This document shows, piece by piece, positions 13,895-25,534 of a DNA stretch of 64,000 nucleotides. Numbering within the stretch: position 1 is the stretch's first letter; every line of letters begins with the position of its first letter. A program made the position numbers and the translations under genes. The notes beneath the pieces were generated by a model that saw nothing but the letters and a program-made list of their open reading frames with translations, made no database searches and was not told where the DNA came from. The DNA comes from the human T2T-CHM13v2.0 reference genome, Homo sapiens: assembly GCF_009914755.1 (NCBI RefSeq), contig NC_060930.1; one strand, 5' to 3'.

Positions 13895-14126
13895 TTTTTT
13901 TTTCATTGCAATCTCCATCTCCCAGGCTCAAGTGATTCTCATGCAACAGCCTCCCAAGTAGCTGGGATTACAGGTGTGTACCACCACACCCAGCTAATTT
14001 TTGTATTTTCAGTAGAGACAGGGTTTCGTCATATGGGCCAGGCTGTTCTTGAACTCCTGACCCCAGGAAATCTGCCTCAGCCTCCCAAAGTGCTGGGATT
14101 ACAGGTGTGAGCCACTGCACCCAGGC
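13895..14126 (-). mobile_element. Truncated Alu inside a MER5-like DNA transposon remnant (~13800-14210)
   Basis: Antisense Alu body; flanks contain CACATCAGAATGACC and AAAAGCTCCCCAGTGATTCTAAT. Confidence 0.7.
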
Positions 14127-14441
14127 TGATTGATCTTGATTGTACCCAAGGCATTAGGATGTTTTAAAAGCTCCCCAGTGATTCTAATATGTAACAAAGT
14201 TTGAAAGCCTTTAATGTAATTTGCTCCTATATTTCACCTGTACACTGGTATTTGGATCTAAAGACTAGATTAGATTTAGGCTCACTTATTTTGGTATTAT
14301 TAGCTCATGTAGGAGTACCCCAGATCTCTTGTGGCAGCTTATTAGGAGGAAGTATTTTCTGGTACTTTTGATTTGTGACAATCAATGGCTTCTCTCAGTT
14401 TCCTAATTTCCTTCTATTCCCTACCATCCTTTGAACTGTAG

Positions 14442-14843
<402 letters not shown>

Positions 14844-15441
14844 CAGCCTTACATTTTCTAGCCTCTCCATTCCACTGAGTAAAGAGGGACTTACTGACAT
14901 CCGAGTCCAGTCAAATAATTTTGCAGTCACTCACTTCTAGTTTAAAATCTAGTCCCAGCTGGTTCACAGGAATCTCAGGTTTCCCTTCCCTCTTAGATCA
15001 GGCCCAGGTCTCATGGCTTCTGGGATAGGCTCTCTTTCAGAATATCTTACTTTTCCCTCCTAAAATACAGAAATCATCCATTACAAAGTGATGACTCTGA
15101 CGAAACCTGATGGCTGGTGCTGTTGTTTCTAGATAATACCATACTGAGGAAGGAGTAGATTAGGAAGCAAGAAAATCACTTTGATTTGGGGCATATTGAA
15201 TTGGATTTGTTTGCAAGATTTCCATATAGGACCGTCTGGGAGGCAGCTCAGGATAGGGATCAGGAGTCTACAGCCTAGAAATAGAAGTTAAAACCTTGCG
15301 AGTGATTAAAGATAGTTCTGGGGAAGACTGTGGATAGAGAAAATAAAAGGTCAAGAACAGAACCACCAGGCCTACTCTTATTTAAAAAAAGAAAGACCAG
15401 TGAATTATACTATTAGCCAACATGTATATGGTACTTACCAC

Positions 15442-15972
15442 TGTCATGCCAAGTGTCAGGTTCCAGCCCATACTGAGGTCCGAGGGGAGTTGTTGGATGG
15501 GTGGCAGGTAGTTGAAAGAACACTCGGGGCTGTAGGCAGGTAAAATATGATTTTATTCAGCAGCAGCTGCTGCAGCTCTCACACTGTCTGCCTCTGTCTC
15601 GGCTGCCTCCTCCGACCGCAGCCCTTCTCAGCAAACGGCTCTGTGGCTCCTGCCGCTCCCACACTTACAGCTGTACTCCTTGGCATGCTTGTTAATTCCT
15701 GGCTCACCTCTGTCTGTCTGCAAGATGGCCAGTTCTCTCTTACAGGGTCAGCAGTTTTTCTCTCTCTCTCTGGGCACAAGTCCTATGTACAGCGTCAGCA
15801 GGGCAATTATACCATTTACAGACAATAGTGGCTGTAAGCCAAGTATGAGCTTACACAAACAGGTTATATAACAAGTGGAGTGGTGCGCCTGCGTTCCAAA
15901 CTCGCTGAGTCACGCTGGCGTGCATATCTGCCTCGGCCTATTCTTGACCAAAGCACATCCATTTACCTTACA
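15442..15972 (-). promoter_or_regulatory. 3' LTR (LTR18B-like, 531 bp) with AP-1 site, TATA-like box, splice donor and poly(A) signal
   Basis: Minus strand TGTAAGG...TGACA; TGAGTCA 15906-15912; palindrome GTTATATAAC 15863-15872; GTATAAT ~15806-15812; GAG|GTGAGC donor at 15708/15707; AATAAA ~15552-15557. Confidence 0.75.
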
Positions 15973-18507
15973 CTCCACCCCCTTGGCCGAGGGAGACATA
16001 GGTTTTTGGGTACACAGGCCCAATATATAGGTTTGGCACACAGGCCTGACATATAAACTTTGGGCACCCAGGGCTGATACACACAGGCTTGACACGTAAG
16101 TCTGACACATAGGCTCTGGGCACACAGGCCCAATGTATACATAGAGGCTTGACACATAAGCCTGACACATAAGCTCTGGGCACTTGGGCCACAGTAATAC
16201 AGGGAGCAATAATTTCAGGTTATAGTGAGCAATCACTACATGGTGATGTTACCCCAATGTTGCTTTATATATTAATCCAGGGTTTTTGCTTCCCTACCTT
16301 TAGGGTGTTGGGGCGGGCAACAACAGGTTACTGTTTGTCCCCATACCTGGTTGGAGGAAGTCATCCTTTCTCTCATAGATCTGGCCACATGGCCTGGCCC
16401 TACATGGGTCGGTGACTAGCCACTTCTGTAACTTCTAGGTAGTTAGCCACAAGGTTAAGCCTTGATAAACTGCCCAGCTATCAGTGCAGATTACGTGTCA
16501 CCTTCTTGGTGATCACCATTTACATTGCCCTGAGTTCAGTTTATTAGCTACTTTGTCCACACCTGGTATCAAACCATAGGGTGTTGGTACTAGGCTGGGC
16601 TGCAACAGCAGTCCAGGTAGCAGTAGCACCCTGGCTAGACCTATCTGTGTACCATGCCCCATTGGGAATGCGGGAATGCCCTTCCTTAAAAGGTGAAGGC
16701 TCAGGATCTAGGGGTGCCTCAGGTCCCATAACCTTATCTTGCATTAGGACTGTAGGTCCTAAGACTTCCTGTAATTGTGCTTCTAAGGGACTTGAGTTAG
16801 CATACTTTGCTGTTCCAAGTAGGCTTAAGCACCCCACTTTACAAAAGTGGATGTCTGTGCCATCCCAGTGTGTGGGTTGTTACCCATGAGCATACCCACC
16901 CTGCTATTGGGTAAGTCATGCGCGCGACGACTGTAGCCCATCCTGCCAGGCTGTCACGAGTCTAAAGGGCAGCATATGCAGTTAGTAACTGCTTCTCTGT
17001 CGAGGAATACTGGAGCTCAGCTCCCTTCCAAAGTTGGGACCAAAAGTCTACTGGCATTCTAAAGAGCTCTGTGTGATGCCATAAGCCCCAGTCAAAACTA
17101 TCTGGTCACATGCACATCAAGTTTAAATGGGTGCCCCGATCAGCTACCCATAGGGCTTGTGCCTGCTGAATAGCCTGTTTGGCTGCCAGGAAGGTGGTTT
17201 CAGCCGCATCATCCCAATTCCAGGCAAGAGGCTGCGTTGCTGCTTCTAAATCTGCAAGAGAATCAGAGGTTAATATAACATCATTAATAAGATCATGACA
17301 TATGTTGGGGCTATGCATATATCCCTGCAGCAATACTGTGAAAGTCCATTGTCACCCTCCCACGAAGGCAAAGTGTTCCTGGCTCTCTGGAGCAATGTCG
17401 ATTAAGAGGAATGCATTGGCCAAGTCCACCACACAGTGGCACCATCCCAGTTCTGTTGTCAAGTGGCCTATCAAATCCATGATAGACGGCACAGCTGCCA
17501 AGCCGTGCAAAACATCCACCCACAGCCTGTCCTCAGGCATGGGAGAGACATCCACAGTGCATAAGCAGGGAGCTAAGCGGCCGATGCCGAGGTCCAAAGA
17601 TACAGGTTTCACTTTCACTGACCAGCTTTCATAACCGTCAATAAATGCAGCTCTGCCCGGAAACTTATTCAGGTTTAGGGACCAGTGGCTTGCCGAGTCC
17701 ACATATTGCCTTTGGTTGTCCGGTGTCCCCCCAAGCCCGGCACCTGGGTCAGTTCCCAATCAAACAGGAAAGACTTTACATTTCTGCCTGACTGCAGCAG
17801 GTAATCTTTGAGCTGGAACGCTCCGGCGGGACCTAGTTGCCCAGCAATGTCCTTTTCCCGAATGACTTGCACTAAGTCTATATACAACTGCCATCTACTG
17901 ACAGTTTCTGGTATTTCACCGGCATCAGACCACACTGTAATTAAAGAAGCCAGCTTTTCCATCTCAGAGGGGGAGCAGGAAATGGATCAGCTCCTTTGTC
18001 CCGGAGAGACAGAATTCAGGCAGGGAGTCTCCCCCAAATGCTGCTGGCACTGCTTGCCTAACTCCCACAACTCAGTGGGGGGTACAAGCACTATAAGAAG
18101 TGTGCTTCACTATGGTAGGGGGTCTCTAGGCCCACCCTTGGGGCCCAGTGGCTGTTCATGCTCTATTTTCTGGCAGACCACTGGGTGAGCCTGTAACGGA
18201 GGTTCGTCCTCCTCCCTGCACTGCGTCCAGCAGGGACTGGGCATGCCCTTCCAGCAGCACAGTCACAAATGCCCATCTGACTCTGTTGGCAAAGGCACAC
18301 TCCTTCTCGGTCCTGTGCATTTCCAGGTGCTTCAGCACCTTCTCCACACTCGTGGAGGGCCTGTCCACTGCCGCCCATGTTTCCACCAGAGCCCATCCTT
18401 GCAGCACGGCTGCCACTGGGTGCCACAGCTCATGCTGTGGCTGCATAGCCGCTCCGGGAGCCTGGGGGCTGAAGACCCACTCACCTCATCTTGCTCACTA
18501 TGCCAAA

Positions 18508-18826
18508 TGTCAGGTTAGAGCCCCAGCTGAGGTCCAAGGGGAGTGGGTGGATGGGGGGCAGGGAGCTGGAAGAACACTCGAGAGACAGCAGGTAGATGGG
18601 ACATGGCTTTACTCAGCAGCTCTTTCACAGTGTCAGTGCCACATTTATACACCTCACAAACAGTAGTATCTTAGAGCCAGGTGATGAGCCTCCCCAGATT
18701 ATGGCTACATAACTGTGATTATATAATGCACGGAATTGTGTGCGTGCGCTCCAATCCTGCTGAGTCATGCAGGATGTTTACCTCGGCCTATGCCTGCTTC
18801 GCTGCAGCACAGCCATGTTCCTTACA
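18508..18826 (-). promoter_or_regulatory. 5' LTR (LTR18A-like, 319 bp) with AP-1 site and TATA box
   Basis: Minus strand starts TGTAAGGAACATGGCTGTGCTGCAGC (LTR18A-like, recall); TGAGTCA 18761-18767; TATAAA ~18644-18649; ends CCTGACA. Confidence 0.75.
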
Positions 18827-19636
18827 ACCACACACCAGGCACTGTTCTAAGAGTTTTATACACTCACTTACTTAATGCTTACAATGGCCCTATCTGCTAT
18901 CACTATCCCTATTACAGATAAGGAGAGGGAGGCACAGAGCTAGTAGGTAGTAAAGCCAGGATTTTGACGACCTCAGGAAACCTGGCTTCAGAACACTTAA
19001 GCAGATTATGATGGGAGCTGAGAAGAACCAGGAAGGAGGAAAGCAGGAGAAAGCAAGATCCTTGAAGTAAGGACAAGTGAGTTTTTGGAAGTGGACAGTA
19101 TCCTCAGTCCAGTTGCCTGAGAAGAGGCCATGGAAAATGGGAATTGAGGGAAGCACCTTTGGTTCCTTCTGCATGCGAAATCTTAGTGGTCTTGGCAGTT
19201 GCAGCCTACAGTGTGTGGAAGGCTTAGTGGGAGGTGAGGACTAGAATCAGGGACTAAGGACTTTCTTTCAAGAAGTTCAGTCTTGAAGGGGAAGAAAGAA
19301 AGTGGCAGATTGAGGAGGTGGCAAAGACCAGGGGCAGCCTATGCTCTCTCCAGGGGAAGGGCTTGGTGATGTTTTCGGCTGCCTTGATGTTTCTGAGAGA
19401 AACTGAAGGGCCTTCAGCCCAAAGATCCGAAGAGCCTGCAGAAATCCTTCTTTCAGCTGAATTTTAATGTGAATGTTATGCCAGTTTTTTGGGCAAGCCT
19501 CACTTCAGATATAATTGAGGGTCTCACTAGCAGGCAGCCAAGGTTTAATTCAGTTCTATTTCTTTTGGTCCAGGGCCTTCTGTCTTTTCTTTCTTCTTCC
19601 CCTTACTACAGTACCTTGACCACAGATAAGACCTGG

Positions 19637-20122
19637 TACAGCCATCCTTCACTATCTGTGGGGGATTCATTCCGGGATCCCCAATGATACCAAAATTTGT
19701 GGATGCTCAAGTCTTACATAAAATGGCATATAGTATTTTCCTATAACCTACACACATCCTCCTGTATGTTTTTTTTAAGAGATGGAGTCTCTGCACTGTT
19801 GCCTAGGCTGGAGTACAGAGGCACAATCATAGCTTACTGCATCCTTGAACTCCTGGGCTCAGGTGATCCTCCTGCCTCTTCCTCCTGAGTAGCTGGGACT
19901 GCAGTAGTGCGGCACCAGGCTCAACTTCTCTTGTACACTTTAAATCATCTCTAGATTACTTATAAACCAAATACAATGTAAATGTTTTGTAAACACTTTT
20001 TATATTGTATTTTTATTTGTATTTTTTAATTGTTGTTTTTGTTATTTTTTTTTCCCAGATATTTTCCAGCTGTGGTTGGTTGAATCTCTCAATGCAGAAC
20101 CCACAGATATAGAATCAACTGT
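19637..20122. mobile_element. MER2 (TcMar-Tigger) interrupted by an Alu monomer (~19769-19925)
   Basis: TACAG...ATCTGTGGGGGATT start and ACCCACAGATA...CAACTGTA end form TIR-like termini flanked by TA. Confidence 0.7.
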
Positions 20123-20182
20123 ATTAGTTTTCTATTGCTGTATAACATTTACCTCAAATTTATCAGCTTAAAACAAAATCTG

Positions 20183-20553
<371 letters not shown>

Positions 20554-21160
20554 TCAATATTAGGGTCTTCCCAGGCCAAAGCCAAGGTGTTGGTAGGGCT
20601 GGGCTATTATCTGGAGGCTCTGAGAGGAATCTACTTATGAGGTCATTGAGGTTGTCAGTAGAATTCAGCTCTTTGGGATCAGTCCAGTCAGTCTGGACTT
20701 GCTATCTCATATTGAAAGTCCTGAGGATTAGGGCAGGAAATCATTAGGGTCATCTTAGAATTTAGACAACCACAGACCTGGTTGGTAATGGGATAACTCT
20801 GAGCAAGTCACTGAGAGGAGCTTCCTAGAGAGTCCAGGAAGTGCCCTGGATCCTCACCAATTTCAGTTTTTTTCCTGATTAGTCAGGGGCTTGGGGGTGT
20901 CCAGGATCACTCCAGGACATCCTTTGGGAACCTTACTATGGGATTCAGGTTTGGGGTGGTGTAGAGGATTAAGCTGCAGAACCACTGAACATGGAGAAAT
21001 TTCTGCAGCAGTTCCCCAGAGATGTCTCTGGGCTCCTGGGCAGGAGAGAAGGGACTACTTGCAAGTTTACTGGTTAATAATGATTTCCCACCTTTCAGGG
21101 ATCTTCTGCAGAAATAGCGCTGGAAGCTAGAGTGAGGCCTGAGTACTGCCTTGGCCTAGG

Positions 21161-21562
21161 ATGGCTAGAGAATTAAGTGAAAGCACAGCCCTGGATGCCC
21201 AGTCTACAGAAGACCAGATGGAGCTTCTGGTCATAAAGGTGGAGGAAGAAGAAGCCGGTTTTCCCAGTAGCCCAGATCTGGGTTCTGAGGGCTCCCGCGA
21301 GCGCTTCCGAGGCTTCCGCTACCCGGAGGCTGCAGGCCCCCGCGAGGCGCTGAGTCGGCTCCGAGAGCTCTGCCGACAGTGGCTGCAGCCTGAGATGCAC
21401 AGCAAGGAGCAGATCCTGGAGCTGCTGGTGCTGGAGCAGTTCCTGACCATCCTGCCGGGGAATCTGCAGAGCTGGGTGCGGGAGCAGCATCCAGAGAGCG
21501 GGGAGGAGGTGGTGGTGCTATTGGAGTATTTGGAGAGGCAGCTGGATGAGCCGGCGCCGCAG
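21161..21562 (+). CDS. ZKSCAN3: ZKSCAN3 coding exon 1 (exon 2), SCAN domain; exon starts 21099
   Basis: [14 protein letters not shown]...[37 protein letters not shown]...LDEPAPQ; acceptor TTTCAG|21099, donor CAG|GTAGAA; 402 nt. Confidence 0.97.
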
Positions 21563-22894
21563 GTAGAAAGAACAGGTTTAGTATCTGAGCGCTGTGGCCT
21601 GTTTCCTCCTGAAATCCCAGATCAGAGTGAGGGGCATTCCTTTAACATCCAGGAGTTCTTCATCTCTTTTTTGTACCGTGAACCTCCTTGGCAGTAAGGT
21701 GAAGTCCCTGGACTCCTTCTCAGAATAATTTTTTTTTTAAAATACATAAACCATAAAGGATTACAAAAGAACGCAGTCATATCAACATACAGTTTGCAAA
21801 GTATTAACTTTGTATTAAAGTCATACTTTTTTTTATTAGTACACTAAATAATAAAACCTACGGACAGGGCTTATAACTGGCAATTACAAAGCAGTGATAA
21901 GTATCTCTTTGCTTGGTTGTAATGTGATGTAAAAACATCTGCAGGTTCTATTGGTGACAAAGTCGTGGGTACTGCTTATGCTACATTGATTTGTTGCTTC
22001 CATTCATAATTGGAAGGAAATGCTAACTTTCTCTTAAAGACTAGTTAAAAATAAGATTAGCTTTTGTCCTGTTCAAGTTCATGGACTACGTGGGAAGGAG
22101 TTCATGGACCACTGGTTATGAACCTCTGGTAGAAAATGGGCCGACTTTTACCTCCATGTTCTTCCCTGTTTTATGAGACTGTGTCCTCTGCATCATCCTG
22201 TGTCCCTGTGCACACACCCTCAGAGGACCTGTGTGGCCAGAGCCTTCTAAATGGTGAGCTGGATACCAGGGTTCTTGACTTGGGTCTGTTGCACCCAAGG
22301 CCTGTAACAGTGGAAAGTCAGTGCGAGTCTCTTAGCTTCATTCTTTATAAAGGATGTGGGAAATTCTGAGCTGCACATGAGAAAGTAACTTGAAAACTGT
22401 AATTTTATAATAACTATAAATGTCTGGAAGGAAACCTGCATACATATCGTATGCCAGGCCATGTTAGGTGATTTCACGTACTGTGATGTTGTTTGGGTCC
22501 CCCAAACTCCATAAACTAGAGATTGTAATCCCCTTTTCAGATAATAAAAGGTATTAATATTCTCTGAGAATTTTGCACCAGTTTCCATGGATTTTCATAA
22601 AAGCACAAATGTATATATGAAGGAGCATAGAGTAATGATAAGAACGTGTGCTCTGGCATCATTCTACCTGAGCTCCCATCCTAGCATTGCCACTGATTAG
22701 CTATTTAAACTGGCTGTGCCTTAATTTCCCTATCAGTAAAATGGGTATAATAATAATACCTCCCTTATAAGATTGTTGTTTTCTGCGTTAAATGAGTTAA
22801 CATTTATAATGCTCTTGGAAATAGTGCCAGCCACCTAGGTAGTTCTATGGAAGTGTTTGATGAAAACATGAAAATAAGAACAAATGATTTCTAG

Positions 22895-23042
22895 GTTTCA
22901 GGTGTTGACCAGGGGCAAGAACTGCTCTGTTGCAAGATGGCACTATTGACACCAGCCCCAGGGTCACAAAGTAGCCAATTTCAGCTAATGAAGGCTCTGC
23001 TCAAGCATGAATCTGTGGGATCCCAGCCTTTACAAGATAGAG
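22895..23042 (+). CDS. ZKSCAN3: ZKSCAN3 exon 3
   Basis: TTCTAG|GTTTCAGGT = VSGVDQGQELLCCKMALLTP...PLQDR; donor AG|GTAAGG; 148 nt. Confidence 0.93.
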
Positions 23043-23299
23043 GTAAGGATTATTTTCTAGACAGTATGAATTCTGCAGACTTCATCCAATTTCATTTAAG
23101 GATAGCCAACAAAATTCATTGATAGGGGGCTTATGTGCCCATCACAGATCAACTCTCATTTAAGACTGAGACTAAAAGGAGTATTTCCAACATAATGATG
23201 GAAAGCTTTTTCAACCAAGACTGGACATAGTAAATAAGATATTAGTAAAACTTAGGTTTGGAAAGAATTGGTTCTTGCTTGGGTTTTGTTTTGTTGTAT

Positions 23300-23699
<400 letters not shown>

Positions 23700-24150
23700 T
23701 AACTTGTAATTATGGAGGCCTCCAGTGTGGTGGCCAGTTAGCTCTGGGAATGGAACTGTGAGTGAAACTGTTCTTGTCCCAGTGGAGCTTACATTTAAGT
23801 GAGGAAGATGGTAAATAAACACATTAATAATACAATTCGTATGACAGTGGGAAGTCTTATGCAGAAAGTAAACAGAATCTGTAAAGCCAGCCAGCCAATC
23901 TCATAAATTATAGGACTATTGCAAATTAAAGGGTATAAATCTTCTAAATCCTGGGTCTGTTATTAAAACAATATGAAATTCACTGCATAGGAAATGGCTG
24001 TATGTGTTCTGAGATGTCCTTTCATGTGTCTTAAACACATGTACAAGTTCCCAAGATGTACATCACTGGGATGTTCTAGCCAACATGCGATCTTTATTTT
24101 TAAACAGAGGTTCTAGCCTAAACCACCTGTTTTGTGCCCCTTTAAAAATT

Positions 24151-24287
24151 TGCTTCCTGAAGTTATATAAGGAATACATGAGGAATATATATGCTTCCTG
24201 AAGTTATATAAGGAATATATAAGGAATATATGAGGAATATATATATGCTTCCTGAAGTTATATAAGGAATAATAAGGAAACCTGAAG
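24151..24287. repeat. Compound tandem repeat in ZKSCAN3 intron 3
   Basis: Three copies of TGCTTCCTGAAGTTATATAAGGAATA with interspersed ~11-bp T(A/G)AGGAATATA units. Confidence 0.85.
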
Positions 24288-24873
24288 CTCTTTACTTTTC
24301 TCTCTCTTGAATTTCCATACGTTGTATAAAGCCAGACCCTTACTTTGCCTTTCATAGCCCAGCTTTGTCTGACTCCTTTTAGCTTTTCAAATCCAAAGCA
24401 AAAAGCACCCTAACGGCTACTAAGGACATACTCACCCAAAATCCGATTTTTCCTCCTATCTCTAGCAAAATTCAAAGGATCTTCAGATGGAAAGCTTTTT
24501 TGTTTTTTATGTTCTTTTTATTTCACAACTGCTCACAAGGATCCTGCCTTTTTGCATTGTTTTCGTGTATCTGCAGAGCACAACAGTTATCTTTAGCCAT
24601 AGGATTGGAGCTGGTAGGGACCAGGAATTTTGGAAAGGAGCACACTCTGTATAAACTTGTTTGGCAGGAATTTATTTATTTAGAGAGACAGGGTCTTACT
24701 TTGTTGCCCAGGCTGGAGTGCAGTGGCTCAATCACAGCTCATTGCAGCTTCAGACTCCTGGGCTCAATCAAGTGAGACAGGAATCTATTAATCCAGTTAT
24801 TTAACTTAGATTGCACAGGGCAGGGAGGCTGAATGCCAGGGTACATCTCATCCAGAGCTTCTTTCCTTCTTAG

Positions 24874-24956
24874 TTCTCCAGGTCCCCGTGCTTGCCCATG
24901 GAGGATGCTGCAGAGAAGATGCAGTGGTAGCTTCTAGGCTTACTCCAGAGTCCCAG
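24874..24956 (+). CDS. ZKSCAN3: ZKSCAN3 exon 4
   Basis: CTTCTTAG|TTCTCCAG = (V)LQVPVLAHGGCCREDAVVASRLTPESQ; donor CAG|GTGAGC; 83 nt, phase-compatible. Confidence 0.93.
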
Positions 24957-25262
24957 GTGAGCTGGAGCCCTATCCCTCCCCCAATGCCCCTCACTACTAT
25001 TGAGCTTCCTGTGAAGACTCCTCACTCCCAATTCCCCTCCACCCCCATCCTAGATCCTCCATACAGATCTCAAATGGGATCTGCATTTTCTCATCTATCT
25101 CGAGGTTGTTTATCATTAACTTTATTTAGGTGCCCACTTAAGAGGCTTTTCCTGTTTATTACTAGCTGTTGGCAGGAATGGGGCCTGGGGGTGCTTCCCA
25201 GATCTTCCCCACTCCACCATTTTGGTCAGCCCCTTCTTCAATGGGATTACCTATTGTTTTAG

Positions 25263-25386
25263 GGGTTGTTGAAAGTGGAAGATGTGGCCCTGACCCTCAC
25301 CCCTGAATGGACACAGCAGGATTCATCTCAGGGGAATCTCTGTAGAGATGAAAAGCAGGAGAACCATGGCAGCCTGGTCTCCCTGG
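25263..25386 (+). CDS. ZKSCAN3: ZKSCAN3 exon 5, degenerate KRAB-A
   Basis: TTTTAG|GGG = GLLKVEDVALTLTPEWTQQDSSQGNLCRDEKQENHGSLVSL; donor G|GTAAGA; 124 nt. Confidence 0.93.
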
Positions 25387-25534
25387 GTAAGACTAAAGGA
25401 CACTAATTTCTGTTAAGGTTTCTTGGCATTCTTTGTATATTAGAACCTGTTGAGCTATTGGAAGCTGTTGAGCCCTGTTATGTTTGGATTCACAATCACC
25501 ATTTCTGAAAGCCTGTAACTGACTAGCTCCTTAC

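Larger units (their letters stand above)
15442..18826 (-). mobile_element. HERV-S / HERVL18 provirus, internally deleted, antisense in ZKSCAN3 intron 1
   Basis: TSD ACCAC (15437-15441, 18827-18831); 5' LTR 18826-18508; tRNA-Ser-like PBS TGGCATAGTGAGCAAGAT 18505-18488; gag N-terminal remnant (WHPVAAVLQGWALVETW); pro/RT remnants (VVDLANAF, LQGYMHSP); PPT AAGGGGGTGGAG before the 3' LTR 15972-15442. Confidence 0.85.

Noticed and set aside
16005-16195. CRISPR-like appearance of short repeats
   Set aside because: Eukaryotic context, units are adjacent without unique spacers, no cas genes
21563-21697. Read-through of the ZKSCAN3 SCAN ORF into intron 2 (SCAN-only 178 aa)
   Set aside because: A canonical donor at 21562 explains the gene; no support for intron retention from sequence alone
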